Positions 1 through 14,183 are shown, numbered from the stretch's first letter. The stretch: DNA of 64,000 nt from Octopus sinensis (GCF_006345805.1 NW_021831854.1:34635-98634), one strand, 5' to 3'. A program made the numbers and translations. Notes: generated from the letters alone by a model not told the origin.

Positions 1-97
1 TTATTATTATTATTATTATTTTATATTATTATTATTTTATATCATCATTATTATATTATTTTATTATTATATTATTATTATTATTATATTATTATCA

Positions 98-147
<50 letters not shown>

Positions 148-389
148 TATTATCATCATTATTATTATTATTATATTATTATTATATATTATTATCATCA
201 TTATTATATTATTATTATTATCATTATTATTATTATCATCATTCTTATTATTATTATTATTATTATTATTATCATCATTATTATTATTATTATCATTATC
301 ATTATTATTATTATATTATTATTATTATTATTATATTATTATTATTATTATTCATCATTATTATTATTTTATTATTATTATTATCATCA

Positions 390-430
<41 letters not shown>

Positions 431-474
431 TATATTATTATCATCATATTACTATTATTATTTATTATTCTCAT

Positions 475-523
<49 letters not shown>

Positions 524-525
524 CA

Positions 526-556
<31 letters not shown>

Positions 557-567
557 CATCATTATTA

Positions 568-602
<35 letters not shown>

Positions 603-701
603 CATCATTATTATTATATTATTATTATTATTATCATCATATTTTATTATTATTATTATTTATTATTATTTATTATTATATTATTATTATTATTATTATT
701 A
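1..701. repeat. (ATT)n/(ATC) microsatellite, i.e. (TAA)n on the minus strand
   Basis: Direct reading: about 700 bp of degenerate ATT trinucleotide repeat with ATC variants. Confidence 0.97.
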
Positions 702-968
702 TTCAGGGTTTTATTTTTATAGCGTGCTTTCACTTCACTACCGAGCGCAGCTCTGTGTGCCTTGGGTATGTGCTGTGATTTGTTGTGATGCTCTGATGGT
801 TACTGTATGGAAAGTGTTCTGCATAGAATGTGTGCAGTACCTAGTAGTGCAATTTTCTGTATGTTATATGTGCTTGTAGGTCCTGGTGTTTTTGTTATGT
901 ATTTGTCTGAATATTGTTTTATCATGCCTAATGCACCTACTATGATAGGAATTGTTTCTGTTTTTAGA
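702..968 (-). mobile_element. R4/Dong-clade non-LTR retrotransposon, 3' fragment
   Basis: Minus strand reads ...ETIPIIVGALGMIKQYSDKYITKTPGPTSTYNIQKIALLGTAHIL, then the same 3' UTR as the long copy at 2335-6270; flanked by (TAA)n on both sides. Confidence 0.88.
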
Positions 969-992
969 CTCCTATTATTATTATTATTATTA

Positions 993-1024
<32 letters not shown>

Positions 1025-1101
1025 GACATTTGATAGTTTCATGCAGATTTGTACCTTATCACCTGCTACAGTGCACCTGTTGCTGAGGTGTGTGCAGCAT
1101 T

Positions 1102-1133
<32 letters not shown>

Positions 1134-1169
1134 TTATTATTATATTATTATTATCATTATTATTATTAC

Positions 1170-2113
1170 TATTCAGTAGTTTTATTTTTATAGCGTGCTT
1201 TCACTTCACTACCGAGCACAGCTCTGTGTGCTTGGGTATGTGCTGTGATTTGTTGTGATGCTCTGATGGTTATTGTATGGAAAGTGTTTTGCGTAGGATG
1301 TGTGCAGTGCCTAGTAGTGCAATATTATGTAGTTATAGTGTTGTAAGTCTGCGTGTTTTTGTTATGTATTTGTCTGATATTTTTTTATCATGCCTAATGC
1401 ACCTACTATGATAGGAATTGTTTCTGTTTTCAGATTCCACATTCTAGTTACCTCTATTTCCAGGTCTTGTATTTTGAGAGTTTCTCCATTTCTTTTAGAG
1501 ACACGTTGTCATCAGCCGGTATTGATACATCAATTAGAAAGCATTTTTTTTTTCATGATCTCTGACAACTATATCTGGTCTGTTGGCCTTAATTTCTCTA
1601 TCTGTGTGTATCGGCATATCCCAGAGTATGGTTGCTTTCTCGTTTTCTGTGACTTTTCTGGTGTGTGTGCCTATACCATTCTTTTTTTGTTGTTATTCCA
1701 TAATGTTGGCATAGCTTCCAATGTATGTAGGTTCCAACTCTGTCATGTCTGTGAATATATTCCTTCTTAGCCAGGACTGGGCAGCTAGAGATAATATGAT
1801 TTATTGTTTCTTGTCCATCTCCACATATTCTGCAGTTACTTGTAATATTTCTTTTCATTACATGTTTTTGGTAATTTCTGGTGCGGAGGCTTTGGTCTTG
1901 TGCTGCAATTAAAAATCCCTCTGTTTCTGCTTTGAGTCCTGAGCTCTCAACCATTGCTGGGATTTTTCTTTGTCTATTTCTTTTGCGTTTAGTTTAGTGC
2001 AGTATTTACCATGAAGGGGCTTTTCTTGCCATCGTTTTATCATGGTTCGTTACTGTTCTATTTTTAGTTTGGATTTCATTTGTTTTATAGTTTTTTCGTT
2101 TGGATTTCATTTA

Positions 2114-2115
<2 letters not shown>
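1170..2115 (-). mobile_element. R4/Dong-clade element, 5'-truncated 0.9 kb copy (CCHC knuckle + RLE endonuclease + 3' UTR)
   Basis: ORF 1598-1954: LKAETEGFLIAAQDQSLRTRNY...CRICGDGQETINHIISSC...RHDRV...IHWKLC, the C-X2-C-X8-H-X4-C region typical of RLE elements; near-identical to 2335-3250. Confidence 0.9.
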
Positions 2116-2176
<61 letters not shown>

Positions 2177-2334
2177 TCAGCAGTTTTATTTTTATAGCCA
2201 TCGTTTTATCATGGTTCGTTGCTGTTCTATTTTTAGTTTGGATTTCATTTGTTTTATAGTTTTTTAGTTTGGATTTTATTTATTATTATTATTATTATTA
2301 TAATTATTATTATTATTATCATTATTATTATTAC

Positions 2335-5300
2335 TATTCAGTAGTTTTATTTTTATAGCGTGCTTTCACTTCACTACCGAGCGCAGCTCTGTGTGCCTTG
2401 GGTATGTGCTGTGATTTGTTGTGATGCTCTGATGGTTATTGTATTGAAAGTATTCTGCGTCGGATGTGTGCAGTGCCTATTAGTGCAATTTTCTGTATGT
2501 TATATGTGTTTGTAAGTCCTGGTGTTTTTGTTATGTATTTGTCTGAATATTTTTTTATCATGCCTAATGCACCTACTATGATAGGAATTGTTTCTGTTTT
2601 CAGGTTCCACATTCTAGTTACCTCTATTTCCAGGTCTTTGTATTTTGAGAGTTTTCCATTTCTTTTAGAGACACGTTTTCATCTGCCGGTATTGATACAT
2701 CAATTAGAAAGTATTTTTTTCTTCATGATCTCTGACATCTATATCTGGTCTGTTGGCCTTAATTCTCTATCTGTGTGTATCGGCATATCCCAGAGTATGG
2801 TGCTTTCTCGTTTTCTGTGACCTTTTCTGGTGTGTGCCTATACATCTTTTTTGTTTGTTATTCATAATGTTGGCATAGCTTCCAATGTATGTAGGTCCAA
2901 CTCTGTCATGTCTGTGAATATATTCCTTCTTAGCCAGGACTGGGCAGCTAGAGATAATATATGATTTATTGTTTCTTGTCCATCTCCACATATTCTGCAG
3001 TTACTTGTAATATTCTTTTCATTACATGTTTTTGGTAATTCTGGTGCGGAGGCTTTGGTCTTGTGCTGCAATTAAAAATCCCTCTGTTTCTGCTTTGAGT
3101 CATGAGCTTCTCAACCATTGCTGGGATTTTTTCTTTCTATTTCTTTTGCGTTTAGTTTAGTGCAGTATTTACCATGAAGGGGCTTTCTTGCCATCGTTTT
3201 ATCATGGCTCGTTGCTGTTCTATTTTTGTTTGGATTTCATTTGTTTTATAGCTTTTGTTGTTTCTTCATCATCTTCTTCTTCTTTGTGTTTATTAGGTGG
3301 TATGATTATCTTGTTTATTTGTCAGCTTCCTTAAATACTGAGAACAGTTTTTTGTTTTGCTCGTGTTTTGCTGCTATCTGGATCAGTTTTCCTTCCTTCT
3401 GAAGTAGGTATTTTTGCAGTCCTATGGTGGTTATTTATAGTAGTTTTCCAGCTGTATAAGGCCTCTACCACCTTCTATACGTTGTATATATAGTCTTTCT
3501 ATGTCAGATTTTGGGTAATGCATCCTAGATCCTGTCAGTATTTTTCTTGTTTTCCTATCTATTTTGGACAGTTCATTTCGTGTCCAGTTAAGGATATTGT
3601 AGCTGTAACTTACTAACTGGGACAGCTAAAGTGTGATACCTATTATCTTGTTTTTAGCATTGAGCTCTGTGTTTAGTATGATCTAACTCGTCTATAATAT
3701 TCTTTTTTTATTTTCTCTTTCATTTGTGTGTGTTGTGTCTTATCTAGTTCATGATTCCTAAGTATTTGTAAGTTTGGCTTTGGTCTAATTCTTATTTCAT
3801 TGGTTTTATCTAGTGTGATGTTGTTACTCTTAACTAGTTTTCCTCTTTTCATGGTTACTTTGGCGCATTTTTCTAATCCAAATTTCATATCTATTTTTTG
3901 GTAAATCCATGAACTGTCTTTAATAGTGTTTCCAGCTGTTTGTCATTTGCAGCGTATAGTTTTAGGTCATCCATATATAAAAGGTGGCTGATCGTTTTGC
4001 CGTAACATTATATCCGCATCCAGTTTCTTTAGCATATCAGATAGAGGTGACAGTGTCCAAGCAGAAAAGGAGTGGAGAGAGCGTGTCTCCCTGGAATATT
4101 CCTCTTCTAATGGGGATGTCTTTGGTTTTCATGAGTCCCTCTTTTGTTTGGAGGTGTAGGACTGTTGCCATTTATTCATAGAGTGCTCTATGAATTTTAT
4201 GATTGTTGGTGCTACTTTGTTAATGGCTAGTGTTTCGAGGATCCATGTGTGGGGGATGCTATCAAACGCCTTTTTGTAGTCAATCCAGGCCATACTGAGG
4301 CTTTCTTCTTTCTGTGGCTGTCTTCAGTTACGGCTTTATTAATCATTAGTTTATCTTTACAGCCATATGAGTCCTTGCGGCATCTTTTCTGCTCTTCTGG
4401 GAACAGTTTGTTTTCGTCCAGGTGCTTGTTCAGCCTTTGCGATATCACTGCAGTAAATGCCTTGAACATAGTAGGGAGGCAGGTTATTGGTCTGTAGTTT
4501 TCTGGTTTTGTTGTTTCATTTGATTTGGGAATTAAGATGGTTTTCCCCTTCGTGAGCCATTCAGGCATTGTCTCTGGCTCTGCTAGTATGCTGTTAAAGT
4601 TTTCAGCCAGCTTTTTGTACATTCCTGTTAGATATTTCAACCAAAAGTTGGGGATCTTGTCATGTCCAGGTGCCTTCCAGTTGCTTAGTTTTTGCAGTGC
4701 CTGGGTGACCTCTTCAGTTGTTATGGGGCTCCAAAGTTGTTCAGATGCCGAGTTTGTTATTTTGATACTCCTTCTTTTTGGCTGTTCGTTCGCCGACCAT
4801 ATTTCTCTCCAGAATTCTTCCAATTCTTCTGCCGTTGGTGCTGCAGTGACTTCTATTTTATTTTTGCCCAGTTCTGGTAGAACTTTTTGGGGTCGGAGTT
4901 GAACTTTTTTTCTGTTCAAAGAAGCGTTGGCGTTCTCGTACCGGCGGATCCTTTGAGCTTTGGCAAGGATATCTTGCTTCAGCTTTTTTTTATCTCCGGC
5001 AAATCTTTTTCTGTGATGTTATATTTGCGGAGCATTTTTGTTCTCTTTTTGTTGCTCAGTAGCGTTGCTTGTTTGCTGATTTCATTAAGAATCGACAGGT
5101 CTTTTCAAATTTTTTTATTTTGTTTTGGATGTTATTTATCCACAGGGTTTGTTGGGTGGTGGTACTCCTGTTTGGGCGGGTTTGGGTGAGTATCCAGCTT
5201 CTTTTGTGGCTGCAGTGGCTGCTGCGTATATCAAGTCATTTAGTTCAGTCATATCACTTTTTTTTGTTTCAGTGGCTAGTTCAGTGACGGCTAGGTTATG

Positions 5301-6268
5301 TTGTTTATAATTGGTGTTGTTATTGCGTTTATTTTTATTCTTGGGAGGTATGGTCGGTGGTCCATTTTGAGCTCTGTGGTTTTTAGTTCTTTGATTATTT
5401 TATTTTTTATATTATCATAATCATTAGGCTCCCCTTCGTTGTTTACATCGTGTTTGTTGGGAATGTTGCGTTTGTCTTCGTTTTTACAGTTTCAGTGTTT
5501 ATATTATTGGGCATTGTTGTGTGGCTTCTCTCTACATTTTCCTGGTGTATGTTTTCTTTTAGGTGTTCTATTTCTATTTCTGATATTTTTTTGTGTTGAG
5601 AATGTATCTTCGTACGTAGCTAATTTTTTAGGGTTCATTGCTGTATCCAAGTCTATATCTCTGTTTTTCCTTCCATATTTTATATGTATGTGTTGTTGTA
5701 TTTTCATTTTGTGGGTAGAGCATTGCTGTGAAGTATGCGTGTAAGATAGAAATGTATTCCTCACGTGTCCATTTACGTCTTTTGGGTTTTAATTGCGGGA
5801 CATGAGGTACAACGTCCGCCGGCATTATTTTCACGGTCGTCATTTTCGTAGGGTACCGGTTCGTTAATTTCTGTTGTCACATTATTCGCACGTGTAGTTT
5901 TTCGTACATTTTTTGTTGTAGGTTTAATGTACGTACCGCTCGATTGTTATTCTTGGGTTGAATAGTATCGGTGGCATTTAATTTCTTCGTAGTTCTTTGT
6001 ACATGTGTTTGAGGTCGGGGATGATCGTGTTGTTCCACGTATGTTTACATGTGTTGTGTTAGAGGTGGAGATAATATCGAGTCAAAATACATCATTTCGT
6101 TTCGAAAATAGTAATAAATTTCAATTAGTATTACTTACTCGGATATAGTCCAATTCTTTGTTAGTAAATCTTTGGCTCCATAGGGTGTCCTTGTTTTCGA
6201 TGTTTGTGGATAGATTTCGGAGCTCTGTATTTTCCTTCTTTCATCTTAAACGTCCCCGGTGTCTCTCC

Positions 6269-6270
<2 letters not shown>
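2335..6270 (-). mobile_element. Approximately full-length (3.9 kb) R4/Dong-clade RLE retrotransposon inserted in (TAA)n
   Basis: Single disrupted ORF: N-terminal RRKWTREEYISILHAY (Myb/SANT-like start), RT (KLSNWKAPGHDKIPNFWLK, YRPITCLPTMFK, QGDTLSPLLF, HLLYMDDLKLY), CCHC and RPDIV-type RLE C-terminus. Both ends abut (TAA)n. Confidence 0.9.
2436..5843 (-). pseudogene. Frameshifted RT-RLE polyprotein of the R4/Dong element
   Basis: Pieces in the ORF track (5628-5843, 5504-5764, 4227-4919, 3673-3888, 2862-3071, 2767-2991) are collinear parts of one protein separated by frameshifts; these may be decay or sequencing indels. Confidence 0.8.
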
Positions 6271-6332
<62 letters not shown>

Positions 6333-6335
<3 letters not shown>

Positions 6336-6606
6336 TCAGCAGTTTTATTTTTATAGCGTGCTTTCACTTCACTACTGAGCGCAGCTCTGTGTGCCTTGGG
6401 TATGTACTGTGATTTGTTGTGATGCTCTGATGGTTACTATATGGAAAGTGTTCTGCGTAGAACGTGTGCAGTACCTAGCAGTGCAATTTTCAGTATGTTA
6501 TATGTGTTTGTAGGTCCTGGTGTTTTTGTTATGTATTTGTCTGAATATTTTTTTATCATGCCTAATGCACCTACTATGATAGGAATTGTTTTTGTTTTTA
6601 GATTCC

Positions 6607-6608
<2 letters not shown>
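6333..6608 (-). mobile_element. R4/Dong-clade 3' fragment (same family)
   Basis: NLKTKTIPIIVGALGMIKKYSDKYITKTPGPTNTYNILKIALLGTAHVLRRTLSI plus the shared 3' UTR, in (TAA)n. Confidence 0.88.
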
Positions 6609-6668
<60 letters not shown>

Positions 6669-6680
6669 TTATCATTATTA

Positions 6681-6712
<32 letters not shown>

Positions 6713-6768
6713 TATTATTATTATTATTGTTATTATTGTTATTATTTTTATTATTATTATTATTATTA

Positions 6769-6802
<34 letters not shown>

Positions 6803-6804
<2 letters not shown>

Positions 6805-7250
6805 TATGTTTGACTTTATATTTGTACAAGTTGGCTCCAAGTCTTACCCAGAGACCTCAAGAGACAACAAGTTAGAAGTTCATGTTGGTGTTATGCCTAG
6901 GATGTCATATATTTCGTTTTGTACGTAGTATTATTCTAGAGAATACTTAAGAAAACTAAAGAATTTAAAAAAAACAAGAAAATTATGAGTTTGTTTCAAA
7001 ATTTGAGGTACATAGAAAGTATTTTACGTAGGATATGGGCAGTTCCCATGAGCACTATCTTTTGAAATTTTGCCATTTTGGGGTTTCCTGGTTTCTGAGC
7101 TAAGTAGCTATCAGCCCTTTTTGCTATCATTCCCAGGGTACCTATGACAACAGGTATTGTTTTAGTTTTCAGGTTCCACATTTAGTCAATTTCTATTTCA
7201 AGATCTTTATACTTGCTCAGTTTTTGGTAGGTCTTGACAGATACATTTTA
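6803..7250 (-). mobile_element. Second, divergent R4/Dong family, 3' fragment
   Basis: ORF 6996-7181 MWNLKTKTIPVVIGTLGMIAKRADSYLAQKPGNPKMAKFQKIVLMGTAHILRKILS is homologous to the first family but has a different 3' UTR; also bounded by ATT/ATC repeats. Confidence 0.8.
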
Positions 7251-7292
7251 TTCATCATCATCATTATCATCATCATCATTAATGATCATTAC

Positions 7293-7327
<35 letters not shown>

Positions 7328-7520
7328 GTATTAGTATTAGTATTATCATTATTATTGTTATTGCTATTGGTTTTGTTATTATTATTATTATCATTATTAT
7401 TATTATTATTATTATCATTATTATTATTATTGTTATTGTTATTATCATCATTATTATTATTATTATTATTATTGTTATTGTTATTGCTATTGTTTTTGTT
7501 ATTATTATTATTATTATTAT
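7251..7520. repeat. (ATT)n degenerate microsatellite
   Basis: Direct reading. Confidence 0.95.
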
Positions 7521-8124
7521 TCGGCCGATAACTGATGAGATATTTAAAGATTAGCTAACTTTTGTTCAGATAAAAGAAGAAATCAAAAGAACGCGATACT
7601 GGTCTGTGCAAACATGTCACGTTGGCACACCTTCGCAAATTCCATTTATCACTTTATCAGGTAAACAATCGGAAAAAAATTATTGGTGTGTGGATAGCGT
7701 ATCAGAAAACGAATCGAGAGGTAGGCGGTTCGGAACTTGTGCCCTTCTCAGGTGTATTTATGTTAATATTTTAAAATGAGCCAAGACGGAGGAAATTGTG
7801 GTTATTGTGAGATCGTGGTTTCGATTCTCGAGCAGAGCGGGCGATGCGATGTTCTCTTGAGCAAAGCTCTTCGTCTCACGCTGTTCTACTGTCACTTCGA
7901 CACCTCAAATGTGGTACACAGTTTACCTGTAGAGCCAACGTTGATTTGTTAGAAGGAGCGAAACATTGCGCAGTAGATACGTATGATAATTTGTGCAAAT
8001 TGTTCAACCTGAAATGGTAGCAGCCTCTTCTGTCTTTTACGATGGGAAATCCCGACATTTTATAATGGGGCGGTCCAACTGGCTGTTAATAGGAATAACT
8101 TCTACTACATTTGGGGATGGGTTC

Positions 8125-8316
8125 TACATGTGGTGGTGGTCGTCGTCGTCGTAATTGTGGTAGTGATGGTGACGGTGGCGTTGATGGTGATGGTGGTATT
8201 GGTGATGGTAATTTTAGTGGCGAAGCTGGTGATGCTGGTCGTGGAGGTGTTGATGATAATGATGGTTTTGATGGTGGTGGTGGTGGTGGTGGTGGTGGTG
8301 GTGGTGGTGGTGGTGA
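8125..8316. repeat. (GGT/GAT)n degenerate trinucleotide repeat
   Basis: Direct reading; ends in a pure (GGT)n run. Confidence 0.9.
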
Positions 8317-8541
8317 GTGCTGAGGAATGATTTTTAACACCTGCTATAAAAGAAAATCCTACACAACACAAGGAAATTAAACAGTAGTTTCCAACATGGT
8401 CACCTTTCGCAAGATGAGTTGTATTGATAATGATGAAACGATTGTAAACAATGTAATAAAAGGTTTTGCTAACTATGATCTTCGATATTTGTTATACATA
8501 CATACATAAATACATGCGTACATACATACTCACACACACAT

Positions 8542-8589
<48 letters not shown>

Positions 8590-8640
8590 CGTACATATCT
8601 ATATATGTGTATGTATATTATATATGCAACATACATATAC

Positions 8641-8697
<57 letters not shown>

Positions 8698-8782
8698 AAG
8701 AAATGTATGCATGCGTGTACACATGTATAAATACAAATAAACATGTGAAGATATATGTACTTGTTGTATACACGTAATAATA

Positions 8783-8839
<57 letters not shown>

Positions 8840-8861
8840 TAATAATAATAATAATAACAAC

Positions 8862-8893
<32 letters not shown>

Positions 8894-8899
8894 GAATAA

Positions 8900-8930
<31 letters not shown>

Positions 8931-8933
<3 letters not shown>

Positions 8934-9107
8934 CAGAAATTACCAGGCTAACGTTCTCCGAAACGGTACTGACCCTAAATGCAGATTCTGCGACACATTT
9001 GACGAAACGATAGACCATCTCGTTTCGGGATGTCCTGTGCTGACACCAAACGAATACAAAAATCGCCACGATAGGGTAGGACAGTATATACATTGGAAGA
9101 TATGTAA
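8931..9107 (+). mobile_element. Internal CCHC-region fragment of another R4/Dong-like element
   Basis: Translates TRNYQANVLRNGTDPKCRFCDTFDETIDHLVSGCPVLTPNEYKNRHDRVGQYIHWKIC, homologous to 1598-1954; follows an (AAT)n tract at 8774-8930. Confidence 0.85.
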
Positions 9108-9363
9108 TACATACATACATATATATTATATATAATATATACATATATTATAATATATATAATATATATTATATATATATGATTGATTGATTCTAGTTTC
9201 AGCTTATGAGCTGTGGCCATGCTGGGGCATATATATACATATATATATACATACATACATATATATATATATTATTTATTATATATTTATATTATTTATT
9301 GTATTATCTATTACATTTATTTATAATATATATATTTTTTATTTATATATGCATGTATATATA

Positions 9364-9394
<31 letters not shown>

Positions 9395-9704
9395 CTGTCT
9401 GTGTGTCTGTGTTATGTAGTCGAGTAGTACGTCTTTGGTTATGGCAGTTAGAAAGTTTCGCGTCTGTTATTCCATTTGGCAATATAGCCGGCTCGTCAAC
9501 GGTGCTGACCTGAGGCACATAACGGGGCTCTACTAACGGAGGGGGGAAAATAAAAAGTCTTGGACAGTTTGGCAGTGATAAAAAAATTATAAGAACCTAA
9601 AACAAGTACGGAAACCTGACGAGAAAACTTTGAAACGAAATTACCTATTCTGACACAGTTAAATCCCTTCCCGCAAGTGGGGATAATCGCTCCGCAGAAA
9701 GTTT

Positions 9705-10097
9705 TACCGTAAATCCTCGAGTATAATCTGCCCTTGAGTATAATACGCAGGGTTTTTTTAGGGTGCTGTACTTCTGAAAAACTTAAACCTTGTGTATAAT
9801 ACGCACCCCTTCTCTAACTTGAGTCAAGGAGGTCTATATACCGTCCTTGGTTTGTAAAAGTGTATACGGTAACGTCCTTTATTATTATTGTATATCTAAC
9901 ATAATGCAAACGTGTAGCTTTTTTGTGCATTTTGTTTGCAGAAAATAAAGAAATAACAGTAATAACGTTTAATAAATGTTGCTTACGGCAAGTTATGGAT
10001 GATCCTTTTATGACTTCATTGCTTTCAGGCTTAGCTTAAGGTATTTTCATGCCCTTAGATATAATACGCAGAGGATTTTTAGGGTGCTGTACTTCTG
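9705..10097 (+). mobile_element. Possible pogo/Tigger-like (Tc1/mariner superfamily) non-autonomous element end
   Basis: Starts TA-CCGTAAATCCTCGAGTATAA, resembling pogo-type TIRs, with repeated TATAATACGCA subterminal motifs; a ~45 bp segment recurs at ~10048-10097. No second TIR was found. Confidence 0.4.
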
Positions 10098-10587
<490 letters not shown>

Positions 10588-13307
10588 ACTTTCTTTTATT
10601 AGCCACACAGGGCTGAATACAGAGGGGACAAATACAAATGCAGAGCTTTTCTTTTCGAGGGTGGAAAAAAAAAAAAAAATGTAAGATTGCGATCAAAAGG
10701 GATCGAGAGGAGGAAAAAAAAGAAAAAAAAAAGGAAATCGTGTATCACAGAAATAATGGTGTAAACATTGATATAACAAGATTGGGTTCATCCGTGGGAA
10801 GAAAAGCCTACAGAAAAGACCACGGGAACCCCAGTCAGGGAGGAAATAACCACATGAGATCGAAAATGCTCTCTTTCTTTCTTTTTTACGATCTACTGGA
10901 TCATGCTCAAAATGGTTTCGTTACTAGCACGCACCATCTTTGCAACATTCACCCATCTTTTTTTGAATCTTTCGCGAGACAAAACTTCCCTCTCCATTCT
11001 CACCTTCCTTTTCAAGTGGTACTTGAAAAAGTTGATGAGCGATTGGCCAGAGAGGTAAGTGTTTGTCTCTAATCCTTTCGCTCGAGTCCACCACACACAT
11101 TCTTTCACCATGGCCACCAGTACGATGAAAACTGCCTTGCCTTCCCGGTTGAGGGAAGGGGGCGGAGCAATTCTAACGATAGACTCGGCCGATAGGCGGA
11201 TTCGTCCCACACGTGACAGCAGCCGTTCGGCATAAGCCCACAGGTCGGAAATGGTTGGACATTGCACGAGTGCGTGCAGAACGGTTTCGTCGCTCTGAGC
11301 GCATCTCGGGCAAGTCGGTCCAGTGTGTCTGGAACCGTGTCTGTAGAGCTTATCCCGAACAGGTAATGCTTCTCGATAGCACTGCCAGGCCAGGGATCTT
11401 TGGTGATTGTTCATAGGTCCGGCCCGAAAGTTGTCCTGAACAGGCGGGTCAGGTGTTCCTCGTCGACGCCCAGACTCTGCCCGAGTTCGTCGTCGCACCT
11501 CCCCTCCACTAATCCTCTATAGAATGCCTTTGTTGTGATGGAGTCGCACAAGTTCGATCCCGGACGGCAGAGTTGCTTGAGAGCAACGCGACACTCGCGG
11601 TACCATTCGCCTAGCCTCGGTCTCTGCTTGATCCATAACTGTAGTTCGTCCAAGGAGACGAGCTGCGGGAAAGCGCGCCGCACAAAAGTATGCGTTCCAG
11701 TTTGGTGATGGTAGGGTCGGGACAAGGCACGACGGTCAGACGATACTCGATGACGGATGCGATGTACGCGTTCGCCACCTCCGCCCGACCTTTTAGGGAT
11801 AGCTTTCTCTCAGTCCATTTCTGGGTGAGAGTAGCCACCCTAGTCGTTATCTTGCCCCAGTTCTTCTCCATTTGGAGGTCCGGACCGAACCAGACCCCGA
11901 GCAATTTAACCGGTCCGTCCGTCCAGCGTCCCACGATGGAGACGCTGTTGGACGGCATGGGCTTGCTTCTCCAGGTGCCGAGCCGCAAGCCCACTGACTT
12001 TTCCCGGTTAATTTTTGCTCCCGTTACCGCTTCGTATTCTTTCAGTGTCTCGCCGACCAGCTCGATGTGCTCGTAGCTCGACACTATGACGGTGACGTCA
12101 TCCGCGTATGCAGACACGCTCCTCCCGCATCCCAGCTCTCGTGGGATGCCCCTCAGCGTCGCCAGTTTCCGCAGTAGTGGCTCAAGAGTCAGTACATACA
12201 GCAGCGATGTACGAACCGAACGCATGATGTTAAAAGGTCTGGATAGATGACCATTTACGCGAACTACTGAGCGGATGCCGCTGTATAAGGCAGCGATCCA
12301 ACCGCGGAAAACTGGACCGAAACCAGCCGCTTTGAGGACAGCCTCCAAGTAGTGATGGTCTACCCTATCGAAGGCTTTTGATTGATCCAAATTGATCAGC
12401 GCTCCACCCATGCCAGGATTTTTAACTACCCTGTCTATGATGTAGCGCATCAGATGGAGGTTGTCATGAATACTTCTACCCGGCACGGCGCATGTTTGCG
12501 CCTTGTCGATTAGTTTCTTGATGACAAGCACCAACCTCTCGGCTAACACCTTGGCCAAAATTTTCAAATCTGCGTTGAGCAGAGTGATGGGCCTGAAATT
12601 ATCTATGACGTCCCCCTTGTTTGGGTCTTTCTTGATCAGTGCCACTGCTCCTCGCTTTACAAAAGCAGGAATACTCCCGTTCTGCTGCCAGTTGCAGTAG
12701 ACAGCTGCCAAGACGCCTCCAAACAAGTCTGGCATATGAAAATAAAATTCGTAGGGCAGACCATCCAAGCCTGGTGACTTGTCTCTCGCGCAGCCTACCA
12801 TCGCATCCTGTACGTCCGCAGCTGTGATAGGCTTTTCACAAGACTCCACCTCCCTTGCTGGGAGTCGTGGCAAGGCATGCAGGTAGGTACTAAAGTCCAC
12901 TCTGCTTTCTGACTCACCACTTGTCCCAAACAGTTGGGTGAAGTGTTGTTGAAAAACCCCACACATCCTTTTAGGCTCGAGCAATTCGCGCCCCTGTTCA
13001 TCTATAAGAGACTTGATGGTGGCTCTGTTGCCTCGTTGCGTCTCTACCACTCGGGCCTCTTGGGCGGCTCCAACTCCTTCGTTCCTCAGAGCACGCATCC
13101 TAGCTCTGACAACGCATCCCTCGTGTTTGGCGTTGAGGTGTTGGTCGAGGGCCAATCTCGCCGCCAGCACGTTGGACGCGATGCCAGTTCTAAGTGCCTC
13201 TTCTAAAACCTTAACTAATTCTCCCTCTATTCTATTTCGGTCTAATGCTAGGGCTCTACTGTATCTGACTGATTCTGCTTTAATCGCTTTTTTTAGGGCA
13301 TACCACC

Positions 13308-13308
<1 letters not shown>
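10588..13308 (-). mobile_element. Tx1/L1-clade LINE, 5'-truncated 2.7 kb, inserted in (GATA)n
   Basis: ORF2 motifs: [55 protein letters not shown], and a C-terminal zf-RVT-like LPVRDKL...CPRCAQSDETVLHALVQC. The endonuclease is absent (truncated at WWYALKK). Confidence 0.9.
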
Positions 13309-14000
<692 letters not shown>

Positions 14001-14183
14001 TAGTTGCATGAATGTATTTATGACTCTGTATGTCAAGGTGTATAGTCAGTCTTCTCGTCTCACTTTTCAAGTGTTCTACTCATAAAGATCCGGTTTTTAG
14101 CTTTGGAGGAAATTCTGTATTCGTTGGGTGTGTTTGGGCAATCATGAATGCCGTAAGATGTAGGCGTCTTTGCTTTAGTTAGT

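Noticed and set aside
8086-8371. Pro-, Thr- or Gly-rich ORFs
   Set aside because: They are translations of the (GGT)n repeat in different frames.
9612-9645. CTGACGAGAAAACTTTGAAACG motif (similar weak ones near 7725-7755 minus and 8410-8445)
   Set aside because: Core-like words are present, but I could not build stem III/NUH and stem I; possibly very old PLE ends, not supportable.
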